Part shown: piece by piece, positions 12,591 to 23,535 of the stretch
Layout of the letters: every line of letters starts with the position of its first letter
Position numbering within the stretch: position 1 is the stretch's first letter
Assembly: GCF_020745735.1 (NCBI RefSeq)
Contig: NW_026867501.1
Coordinates: 186,001 to 250,000 of the forward strand
DNA: 64,000 nt
Direction of reading: 5' to 3'
From: Hemiscyllium ocellatum
Lineage: Eukaryota
Position numbers and translations under genes: made by a program
The notes under the pieces: generated by a model
The model's database searches: none
What the model was told of the DNA's origin: nothing
The model's input: only the letters and a program-made list of their open reading frames with translations

Positions 12591-13672
12591 CACCGTCTTG
12601 GGCAACATAACCAGCGACAAGAGTGTGGAGGGGTCTACATTGATTACTAGCACTTAACAAACTAATTGCAACCGGATAATATGTCGACATGATTGCTCCC
12701 AGAAGCTCTAAATAAATGAGTGAGGCTTCAAACTTAAGTCAGTTCCACAATGAAGAATTGTTAGAGAAATGTGGTGAAGTTATAAATCATCCTCTCTGTT
12801 ACATGTGCGCTTTCTCCTGTTCTTCGGTACCTTCTCCTATCTCTATTGGTGCTATAAAAAGTGACATGTGAAAATATTTCTCTGGTGTATGTCCTGCGCA
12901 GACGATTATCAGGACTCACCACTCTGCAAACAGAGAAGGATTCGGGACATTGTGTGGGAACGTCGCCATCTAATTTCAACAACTAAACGTTGGCAGTTAA
13001 ACTACTTACTTCGCAATGTGGAGCAACCGGTGTTTGACTGGGGTGAACAAAGTTTAAACTCACACAACTCCAGCAAATAATCCAACAGTTTATCTGGAAT
13101 CACTTGCTTTCGGAGTGCTGTTCTGCCATCAGTTATCTGTGGCACATGACCATATGGGCGAACGTGAGGACTGCAGATGCTGGAGATTTGAATCCAGAGT
13201 GTGGTGCTGGAAAAGCACAGCATGACAGGCATCCGCAGAACAGAAGATTTGACCCTTCATCCGGAATTGGCGCTGCTACACACCTACCTGATGAAGAAGC
13301 CGCATTCCAAAAGCTAGTGCTTCCTAATAAACCTGTTGGACTATAACCTGGTATTGTGTGACCTTGTAATTAATTCATGTCATTAAACGGACAAGATGTC
13401 TATGAGCCGAGTTAGAGGTCAAGTTGTCTGTCAGGTCAGATCGAGAAAAAAAACCATCTGTCAGGTCAATTAGACATCAAGCTCTTTATCGAGTAAGTTA
13501 GAGATCCATTTGTTTCTGCTTTTAGTGAAAGATTCAACCTTCTCTTGGGTCAGTCAAGAACAATATACCTATATTTAGACATGCTTTTTTTCCACAAATC
13601 ACAGTGTACCATTCATGTCTCTCTTGTCTGAAATAAACATCGAAATTCAGCTTATCATATTGCATGATTCAT

Positions 13673-13703
13673 AGGAAGTGACATCAAATCTATCGCAGCC
13701 AAT
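13673..13703 (+). promoter_or_regulatory. TCR V promoter module: ETS site + CRE-like decamer + CCAAT
   Basis: AGGAAGT (13673-13679) overlapping AGTGACATCA (13677-13686, matches the AGTGAYRTCA decamer known from TCR V promoters), CCAAT (13699-13703), ~80-100 nt upstream of the leader ATG. Confidence 0.65.
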
Positions 13704-13780
13704 GAGACCAGCTTTTCTTCTCCGAGGTTTTGCAGATTTCTGTGGCATAGAACGGTCTCTCGCATTCCGGAGCAATAGCA

Positions 13781-14748
13781 ATGTACCTCGCCCTTGTCTC
13801 TGTCGTCTGGATTATTTACAGTTTTGGTAAGGATTTAAACTTTAAAAGATGGATTAATGTCTGAAGAATAAAATTGTGAAACAGTGTACTCACATAAGGC
13901 AAGTATCGGAGCAGGAATGGAACACACTTGGTTTATGGTGTGCACATCTGGCCTTTCTCTTACACGAGGATTGAAGGGACAGAAAGCACAGCATAAACAG
14001 ATTTATGGATACAGTGATGGAAAGGAGAGATTACAAAATGACAGTAAACAATGTGAAGGCTTGGTGTCCTTCCTCTATTACCAAAAAGTCTATGGGTAAC
14101 TTAAATGTTGTCCGTACACTGATGAAAATATCTAGATTCCGGACTTGGATAGGAAGTTTAGCTAGATATGAGGCAATGAATATCTAGAGTTCACAAGAAG
14201 ATGTATTTAAGAAGAGACCAGATGAAAGGGATGCAGAGAAAAGTGTGAAGAGCTTTCCTACGGGAATGAGAGGAGAGAAGAGGCAGGATTCCTGTGTCCA
14301 TTATGCACATGGACATGGGCACAATCTCTCAAATCAGCTCTTTCTACTCTAATTTCTATACCGTATTTTAGGAAACAACGTGAATTTCCAAATGTGGTTT
14401 GTTCATTCGACTACTTAACTGTTAATTTCTCACCTGTGTTCCAGACCTGAACAATGGAGATTCTGTTACTCAGCGTGACCTTTCTCTCACACGGACAGAG
14501 GGAGAAGATGCCTATTTAAACTGTACCTACACTGACGATGCTGATTTCTTGTTCTGGTACCGCCAGTCCCCAGACAGACAGCCTGAGTTCGCAGTCCAGA
14601 GGCTTAAGAGTGGCGGTGCAGTAAAGAAAGCGGATTTTGCTCAGGCCCGGTTTTCTGATGAAATCCAAAAGTTGGAAAAATTGTACCAATTGAAAATCTC
14701 AGGGCCGTTACTGTCTGACACCGCCGTTTACTTCTGTGCAATGAGGCT
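13781..14748 (+). CDS. TRAV: Intact TCR V-alpha/delta gene segment (leader exon 13781-13826, V exon 14445-14748)
   Basis: Leader MYLALVSVVWIIYSF+G|GTAAGG (phase 1); acceptor TTCCAG|; DLNNGDSVTQRDLSLTRTEGEDAYLNCTYTDDADFLFWYRQSPDRQPEFAVQRLKSGGAVKKADFAQARFSDEIQKLEKLYQLKISGPLLSDTAVYFCAMR with Cys23, Trp41, Cys104 and no stops. Confidence 0.92.
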
Positions 14749-14787
14749 CACAACGATGCAAGACAGTGAAAGACTCGTACAATAACT
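14749..14787 (+). other. 23-bp-spacer recombination signal sequence
   Basis: CACAACG (14749-14755) + 23 nt + ACAATAACT (14779-14787). Confidence 0.85.
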
Positions 14788-15950
14788 ATTGTAGGTTTGT
14801 GGGTCACAGCTGCAGCCTGTTGACGGTTGAACATAACAGCGAGTCATACACTGATATTTCGGTGTATTTGACTGAGGGGAAATACCCAGAGGACAATCCA
14901 GGTAAACATCATTTAAAGTTGGTCATAGCGAATAGTATTCTGATTATTCTATTGAACTCGAGTGGACCGAATTGGTTGCTGTTTATTTGGGAACTCCCTA
15001 CTGACACTCTTCGAGAATACAAGCACTGCAATCTGCCTGGCACTACCCAAATCCGTTTACCACTATTTTGGGGGAAAATTCATAATTTTTCGACGTGAGA
15101 TTCCAGCATGTAGTGTGAACAGCAGACCGCCAGGTGACGAAATTCCCAATAATTTCAGTAACCTGATTAAACACCGCTCAATGTTAAAAATATACATGTT
15201 AAAGAACAAAAATCCATATATAACACAGTAAACGGGGATATTTTCAGGATATAATGAAAGGATAATGAACAATGATACTAATAGCAATAATCTGAAAGGA
15301 CAGGCGTTAGCACTCTTTGTCAGAACACGTTATGAATATGAAACCTCAATTGAAATAAAAATAAATACGTTAGGGAACATCGGAAAGGCTTTTATATATC
15401 AGAATTCAACAGGAATGGATGTAAGCGAATAAAGATTGTTTATTTTTTATGTTTCTTACCGATTCAGTGATGCATTCCTCTTTCTGTTAAATAATCAGAA
15501 TTCATACCAAAACACAAGACGGTAGAAATGGCATTAATATACAGAATTTTTTCCGTATTTAAACTTCCATCCAGATCAAGCACCTTGCAGCTGCAACGAA
15601 ACATATAGACTATTGAACCATGATAAGTAATATCTTCCACGTTTAGAGGTCACGTCACAGACTGCAGACACTGCCATCATTGTTTCCAATCCATGAGCTC
15701 CGATAGCAGCTGAGAGTCAGCACACACAACGTCAAATTCAGTCTACAGTAACTCCACCCATAGCTTCGATTTCCTGTTCTATGCCTCTCTTCCTCTCCTT
15801 ATCTCTGAACCAATTGTGTTCTTGAAGAGAATGCTACCACTTTGCCAACCTTTTTATTGGTAGGATCAGCCACGCAGCCAGTTCCAGATCTGACTTTCTG
15901 CTCTGACAGACAATTTCCTGCATTGCAGAGATACAGAGTCAGAAATTAAA

Positions 15951-16474
15951 ATGGTGAAATGCCACACACAATTCTTCAGCCTTGTATGCATTCCCAGTAA
16001 GCAGCTCCTTCGCAGAAAAAAATGATTGTTCCAACACGAAATGTTAGTGTTGGTCGACGTGGTAATGACAATTATGTTGATCAATATAAGGCTGATGCTG
16101 ATTGTCGTTGTTTTTTACTATTTATATGTTAGAATCGACGAGCATGATACAGTGGTACATCCTTTTTCTGTAAAGACGCTTGGAGAGGCAAAGAGTTTCA
16201 CACTAACCACCAATGTGACGAAGAGCAACTCTATCTTTTTTGTGTACTGGTACAGTAAACGTCCTGAACAGCCTCCACAATACATGCTTCAGCTTATTGG
16301 GAGTGATGTGCAAAGAGATAACCGCATCACTGATCGATTCTCTTCTACGTTTAATGAGTTTGACAAGATCACCGAACTAAAAATCAGCAACATTCTCATC
16401 TCTACCAACGCTGTGTATTTCTGTGCTATGGAGCCCACATTGTTGCAGAGCTGCAGCGAAAACAGTATAAACAC
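15951..16474 (+). pseudogene. TCR V-alpha/delta pseudogene
   Basis: Leader MVKCHTQFFSLVCIP+A|GTAAGC (15951-15996); V exon from 16133 is out of phase with the leader; TLTTNVT lacks Cys23; VYWYSKRPEQPPQYML..DRFSSTF..TELKISNILISTNAVYFCAMEP; RSS CACATTG (16436-16442) with degenerate nonamer. Confidence 0.85.
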
Positions 16475-16935
16475 TCAACCAGAGAATTTCAATTAGTGCA
16501 CACCAGAGGGCGTTCTCACCCCAAGAAACAAAAACAGCTCGGAGAGAACCATGAAACCTATTACTGATGATGAAACACAAAATGCTGAACATGATCAGAT
16601 AAGATTGTCTTCTAGTCTTTTGTTTGTATGTCAGAAACCATTATTCATGAGATCAGGTAACTCAATAAAATGTTCACTGCCACTTGCTGGTTTTCGACTT
16701 CGAAAGTGAACTAATTGAACTTTACCAATACCATACTTATTCTTCAACTGTAATGTAACCATATCCTTTGCAGAGAATTAACATCACTTCACAGAAAGCA
16801 ATTTTGTCTCAATGAAAATCTGTTCTCCTCTGACATCTGTAACCGAAAATCTTTGTCATGAATACTCTTAAGCTTCTTGGATGCTGTTGCAGAATCACGG
16901 TTCCTGGTAAATGGATAGTATTGTACCACACTCTT

Positions 16936-17422
16936 CATTGTGTCTTGTGGATGTTGGGCAGACTTTGGTAGTCAGATGGTGAGTTACTTGCAGTGTCATT
17001 CTTACCCGCTGACCGACACTTATAGCCTTTATGTTGAAACGGTTGACCTCAGTCTCACTGTTCGAGATGATATTAAACTTCCCACGGTCAAAAGACAGCG
17101 TGCAGCAGCCTGTGGTCTGATTGCCCTCGTATATCGAATCGATAAATGTCAGAGCCTTTGGCAGTGTTTGTCGGCACCAAGCAATCATATCCTCAGTACC
17201 ATTGGAGAGCTTACAATGAAGTTGAACCCGTCCTCTTTCGAGGGACCACATCTAATCAGATTTTGAGCTCTGTTCCTCACAGAAAAGTGCGATAACAAAA
17301 GAAACAACATTCAACCACAAGGATTTGCGGAATGGTAAAAGAAGGTGTCTGATTGAAAAACAAAACTCACACAATCTGAAGTACATTAGAGCTCCAAATG
17401 GGAATATGTGATTGCAGGACAT
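16936..17422 (-). pseudogene. Inverted V-type Ig-domain pseudogene (class uncertain)
   Basis: Putative leader 17422-17371 ending T|GTGAGT; RGRVQLHCKLSNGTEDMIAWCRQTLPKALTFIDSIYEG..RGKFNII; frameshifted DTAS where DTAxYYC is expected; candidate heptamer CACAATG at 16942-16936 without a convincing nonamer. Confidence 0.6.
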
Positions 17423-17681
17423 TCTGCTCATGGCCATGAAGATGCAAAAGACGCAAGTCAATTAGTCTGTTGTTTCCAACCCAGGCGATACCAGGATCTC
17501 AGCAATGGCGCTGAAGGAGCAAAGGGGAGCGTTTGACATTCTCCTCATATTTAGCGAGAAAGGTGAGCAACATTCTCAACAACCTGATTTTTTATGGGAT
17601 GTAATCTACAGACATCATTTAATGTCACATTCATGGATTGGTTGCCTGTTGAAATCAGGAGAAAAATGAATGCCACCGTCA

Positions 17682-17685
<4 letters not shown>

Positions 17686-17718
<33 letters not shown>
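17686..17718. repeat. (CT)n microsatellite
   Basis: Run of CT dinucleotides. Confidence 0.9.
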
Positions 17719-17720
<2 letters not shown>

Positions 17721-18463
17721 CCACACTCTCCCTCCCTTCCCTTCTCTCTAATTGTGCACCAGTGGATGGCATACGTCACAAAGATTTAATCTTGCTCAAA
17801 TTTTCAAATGAAATAATTATCGCCATTAAAGAACTTTAGATCTGTTATTATTATATTTTTCACTATTTCGCTCTCTCAGAATTCATGAACCCTTTCGTTG
17901 ATGCATCTTTAACTATGTGTCATCTTCAGACATTCATTCAGTGCTTCCTAATTTTAATTACAGGTTGCTGTCGCTTTGGTCTTTCATCATTATTGCTGCA
18001 TTGGTGTTATACAAACTGAAAAAACATTTATGGATTAACTTTGAAATGGATGATAAATAAAACCTCCGCATGGTTTCTTCAAGTTGTGCTGGTAGACTCT
18101 GGTTTATATTTGTTCAAGCTTTCAAACTCTGTGTTCATTTCAACCATTATTTATCCTGTCTTTATTGTAACGTATTTTGTTGCAAAAAGGATGTCTATTT
18201 GAAGTGGAGCTTGTTTCACCAGTGTGACAGAGATCGAGACAAACAGGAAAAGAAAAAGGGATCTTGAGAATGACAAAGTAATAAACGGAGGAAGTTAATG
18301 TCAATAGGTCTCATTAATTATCACGTAGGTGCCATCTGCGCTGACAGGGCAGCCAATCGTGCCTCGAAGGAATGCCACATATTCTCAGTGAGCGAAGTCT
18401 GATGCTGATCTGCATTACACTTAATGTCGAATGAAATTCGCATATTTTCTTTTCAATTCTAAA

Positions 18464-19253
18464 TGATATGAAAGCTAGGGTGTACTTCAAGAGAGTTAAA
18501 AGTAGAAGAACGACTGAACACAACATCACATGTTCTCAGTAATGCAACAATGTATGCATCACTTGGTCGAAACATTTGATTAGCTCATTGCCTGGAAACC
18601 AAAACAGATTAGAATTCGGCCAATCAGTTTAAATTATACCCCGAAAGAAAACAATTTCCCATCAAGTTTGAATTGAGAATATTGACGGTCTTAAAACCAT
18701 TGACACAATCAGATGCTCTGGGGGGTATAAGACATAAATTGGAAGGGGACTATTATACTGGCAGGGAAATTTGCCAGAACTGCTCGAGAGGTTTTCAACT
18801 AGTAAGTTGAAACAGTTTAAACAAGGCAGTTGAACAGTTAAGAGGAGGACTGCCAAGTCCTAGCATGTAATGGATTGCATGAAAAAATGTCTTAAACGAT
18901 CAGTAACCTGCAACGTAGAAATTTCTAATAAGGTAAAAATAAGACACAGGAAGATCCGAAGGCAGGAACCTACAGCTGACTGGCATTAGATAAGAAGTGC
19001 TATTTTGTAAATCTTAGTTGGGAAATTTGTTGGGATTGCATTGTAAAAGGGAAGGTAAAACTTAGATTAAACGTAGAAATTGTGAATAGAGGTTAGTTAC
19101 TTACTGTCTGTTATACTTTATGAAGTAAAGTTGTTAATTTTAACTTTAAATACTGCTTGGCCACTCGAATTCTTACGGATTACTGCATGGGATAAATCTT
19201 TCCTGCGTTATTGGTTTTAAATTAAGTAGGAGAGTTTACTCCATGATGTAAAC
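18464..19253 (+). repeat. 5' LTR of the second Gypsy element
   Basis: TGATATGAA..GGTGTACTTCAAGA aligns with TGTTATGAA..GGTGTACTTTAAGA at 26126; shared internal blocks such as GCCAAGTCCTAGCATGTAA and GGAACCTACAGCTG. Confidence 0.8.
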
Positions 19254-19256
19254 GAT

Positions 19257-19267
19257 TGGCGACTCCG
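19257..19267 (+). other. Primer-binding site, probably tRNA-Arg
   Basis: TGGCGACTCCG 3 nt after the 5' LTR end; complementary to a tRNA 3' end CGGAGUCGCCA, which I recall as a vertebrate tRNA-Arg(UCU) terminus. Confidence 0.55.
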
Positions 19268-20261
19268 GTCAGTGATTTGAACTTGCTTAGACAGATTTGA
19301 ATAGATTTGGGAGTATGAAAACTCCCAACAAATTTAAGCAGTTGCAGGTTACTGGCCAAGACAATTTGTTTAAATTTCGGTGACTTGTGATTGATTAAAT
19401 TAAAAGTGAGAGAAATGGCTTTTAAAGTTGCTAACGATGTTACGGGATTTGAAAATGATTCTCAGATTTGTCAACCAAGTTTAGAATGAATGAAAAATCC
19501 CATATTTTTAGAATTAGTGAAAAAATTAGATTCTGATTTAACCAAGAACATAAGTAAACCTGAAATTGTAAGAAATTGTAAGGGAATTACTCAAACAACT
19601 CGTGTGTTAGAGAAACACACAAATGCAGTAAAGGGAGAAAAAACTTACATTTCAATTGTGGAAAATGGAGTTAGAAGATAAACATAAAGATTGAGAGGAA
19701 AGAGAGAAGGAGAAAAGAAGAGAAAGAGACAGAAGAAAGAGAAGAAGAGGGAAAAAAGAGAGGCAGTTCTTGGCTGAGCAAAGACACAGATAGAGGAAAA
19801 GGAGACAAAAATAATAAGAGAGAGAAGAAAGGATGAGAGAAGGAGAGAGAGGAGAGAGTGTATTTGTACTTGAGAAGTTGCGAATTAGTTAGCAAAATCA
19901 AATTAACAGGATGGAGATTAAAACAGAAGTTAGTGACATATGTAAGGATGTCAAAACTGCCACAATTTTATGAGGAAGATGTTGAAACTTTCCTTATTTC
20001 CTTTGAAAAATTGGCTAGGCAGATGGTGTTGTCTGATGATTTATGGGTAATGCTATTTCATAGTAAATTGGCAGGCAGAACTAGTGAGGCACATGTTGCG
20101 TTGTTAGGTAAGGTGTCAAGTGATTATGAAGAGGTTAAACAGGCTGTTTTAAGTGCTTATCAATTGGTGCCAGAAGCATATAGACAGTGGTTCAGAAACA
20201 CACAGAAGGAACCAGGTCAGACTTATTTGAGTTCGAAAGAGTCATTTGGCAGGAAAAGGAT

Positions 20262-22797
20262 GATAGAGTAAATGAATGCATAGCTGAGGAGCTGGTGTAT
20301 GGGAGAAGGATTCACATTTTTGGATCATTGGAATCTCTTTTGGGGTAGAAGTGACCTGTAAAAGAAGGACGGATTGCACCTAAATTGGAAGGGACTATTA
20401 TACTGGCAGAGAAATTTGCCAGAACTGCTCGGGAGGTTTTCAACTAGTAAGGTGTGTGTAGGGGGAGGGGGGCAGGGAGTTGTGAGGAAAGAGATCAATC
20501 TGAGACTGGTAGAGTTGAGAACAGAAATGAGTCAAACAGTCAAGGCAGGCAGGGACAAGGTAAGTCGAATAACTTAAACTGCATTTATTTCAATGCAAGG
20601 GGCATAACGGGGAAAGCAGATGAACTCAGGGCATGGTTAGGAACATGGGACTGGGATATCACAGCAATTGCAACATGGCTCAGGGATGGGCAGGACTGGC
20701 ACCTTAATGTTCCAGGATACAAATGCAACAGGAAAGATAGCAAGGGAGGCAAGAGAGGACGGGGAGTGGCATTTTTGATAAGGGATAGCATTACAGCTGT
20801 GCTGAGGGAGGATATTCCCGGAAATACATCCAGGGAAGTTATTTGGGTGGAACTGAGAAATAAGAAAGGGATGAAAACCTTACTGGGATTGCATTATAAA
20901 ACCCCTATTAGTCAGAGGGAAATTGAGAAGCAAACTTGTAAGGCGATCTCAGCTATCTGTCAGAACAATCGGATGGTTATGATATGGGAATTTAACTTTC
21001 CAAACATCGACTGGGACTGCCATAGGGTTAAATGTTTAGATGGAGAGGAATTTCTTAAGAGCGTTCAAGACAATTTTCTAATTCATATGTGTATGTACCT
21101 ACTAAAGAAGTGCACAACTTGACCTACTCTTGGGAAATAAGGCAGGGCAGGTGACTGAGGTGTCAGGGCGGGAGCAGTTCGGGGCCAGCGACCACAATTC
21201 AATTCGTTTTAAAATCGTGTTGGAAAAGGATGCATCAGATCTGAAAGTTGAAGTTCTAATATGGAGGAAGGACAATTTTGACCGCATTAGTCAAGAACAT
21301 TCGAAAGCTCATTGAAGGCAGATGTTCGCAGGTAAAGGGATGGCTGGAAAATGGGAAGCCTTCAGAAATGAGATAACAAGAGTCCAGAGAAAGTATATTC
21401 CTGTTAGGATGAAAAGAAAGTCTGGTAGGTATAGGGAATGCATGCTGACTAAAGAAATTGAGAGTTTCGTTAAGCAAAAAAGGAAGCATATATCAGCTAT
21501 AGACAGCATAGATCGAGTGAATCGTTGGAAGAGTATGAAGGAAGTAGAAGTATACTGAAGAGGGAAATCAGGTGGGCAAAAAGGGGACATGTGATAGCTA
21601 TGGAAAACAGAATTAAGGAGCACGCAAAGGGCTTTTACAAAGATATTATTTACAAAAGGGAACTAGGGAGAAATTTGGGCCCCTCAAAGATCAGCAAGGC
21701 GGCCTTTGTGTGGAGCCACAGAACATGGGGGAGATTCTAAATGTTTTTTTGCAGTATTTACTGTGGTAAAGGATACGAAAGATATAGACGGTCGGGAAAT
21801 AGATGATGAAAGCTTGCAAAATGTCTAGATTCCAGACAAGGAAGTGCTGGATAAGGGTAAAGATGGATAAATCTCCAGGACCTGATCAGGTATACTCAAG
21901 AACACTGTGGGAATCTAGAGAAGTGATTGCTGGTCATCTTGCTGAGATATTTATATCATCGATAGTCACAGGTGAGGTGCCAGAAGACTGGAGGTTGACA
22001 GACTTGGTGCCACTGTTTAAGAAGGATGGTAAAGACAAGCCAGGGATTTTTGACAGATGAGCCTGACCGCAGTGGTGGGCAAGTTGTTGGAGGGAATCCT
22101 GAGGGACAGGATGTACATGTACTTGGAAAGCAAGGACTGATTAGGAATAGTCAACATGGTCTTTTGCGTGGGAAATCATGTCTCGCAAACTTGATTGAGT
22201 TCTTTGAAGTATTAACAACGAGGATTGATGAGGGCAGATAAGTAGATTGAGCAATATGGACTTCAGTAAGGCGTTCGACAAGGTTCCCCATGGGAGACTG
22301 ATTATCGAGGTTAGGTCTCAAGGAATAAAGGGAGAACTAGCCATTTGGATCCGACACTGGCTAAAAGGTAGACGACAGAAGGTGGTGGTGGAGGGTTGTT
22401 TTTCAGTCTGGAGGCCTGTGACCAGTGGAGTGCCACAAGGATCAGTGCTGGGTCCTCTACTTTTTGTCATTTCCATACATGATTTGGATGCGAGCATAAG
22501 AGGTACAATTAGTAAGTTTGCAGATGACACCAAAATTGGAGATGTAGTGGACAGCGAAGAGGGTTACCTCAGATTACAACAGGATCTGAACCATATGGGC
22601 CAATGGGCTGAGAAGTGACAGGTGGAGTTTAATTCAGATAAGTGTGAGGTGCTGCATTTTTGGAAAGCAAATCTTAGCAGGACTTATACACTTAATGGTA
22701 AGTTCATAGGTAGCGTTGCGGAACAAAGAGACCTTGCAGTGGAGGTTCATAGCTCCTTGAAAGTGGAGTCGCAGGTAGATAGGATAGTGAAGAAGGT
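20262..22797 (+). mobile_element. CR1 LINE nested in the Gypsy (ORF1 end, APE endonuclease, RT)
   Basis: NCIYFNARGITGKADELRAW..WDITAI..NVPGYKC (endonuclease); DKSPGPDQVYSRTLWE; MDFSKAFDKVPHGRL..GVPQGSVLGPLLF..KFADDTK (RT). Confidence 0.92.
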
Positions 22798-23535
22798 GAT
22801 AACCTTTTCCTCCGCTACATCGATGACTGCATTGGCGCTGCCTCGTGCTCCCACAAGGAGGTTGAACAGGTCATCTACTTTACCAACTCCTTCCACCCCG
22901 ACCTCAAATTTACCCGGACCATCTCAGACTCCTCCCTCCCCTTCCTCGACCTCTCCATTTCTATCTCGGGCGACCGAATCAACATGGACATTTGATATAA
23001 ACCAACTGACTCCTACAGCTACCTAGACTACACCTCCTCCCACCCTGCCTCCTGTAAAAACGCCATCACATTTTCCCAATTCCTTCGTCTCCGCCGCAAC
23101 TGCTCCCAGGAAGACCAGTTCCAATACCGTAAAAACCAGATGGCCTCCTTCTTCAAAGACTGCAATTTCCCCCCAGACGTGATTGACGATGCCCTCCATC
23201 GCATCTCCTCCACTTCCATCTCCTCTACCCTTGAGCCCCGCCCCTCCAATCGCCACCAGGACAGAACTCCACTGGTCATCACCAACCTCCATATGCATCG
23301 TATCATCCGTCGTCATTTCCGCCACCTCCAAACGGACCCCACCACCAGGGATATATTTCCCTCCCCTCCCCTATCAGCGTTCCAAAAAGACCACTCCCTC
23401 CATGACTCCCTCGTCAGGTCCACACCCCCCACCAACCCAACCTCCACTCATTGCACCTTCCCCTGCAACCACAAGAAATGAAAAACCTGTGCCCACACAT
23501 CCCCCCTTACTTCCCTCCAAGGCTCCAAGGATAGT
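22798..23535 (+). mobile_element. Penelope-like element fragment (RT C-terminal half)
   Basis: RYIDDCIG at ~22814, FHPDLKFT..LPFLDLSISI..YKPTD..YLDYTSSHP, FSQFLRLRRNCS, RTPLVIT..IIRRHFRHLQTDPTTRDIFPSPPLSAF. Confidence 0.88.

Noticed and set aside
12920-12960. LTTLQTEKDSGHC plus CATTGTG heptamer
   Set aside because: No T-rich nonamer at 12 or 23 nt; no J-like GxG or donor downstream
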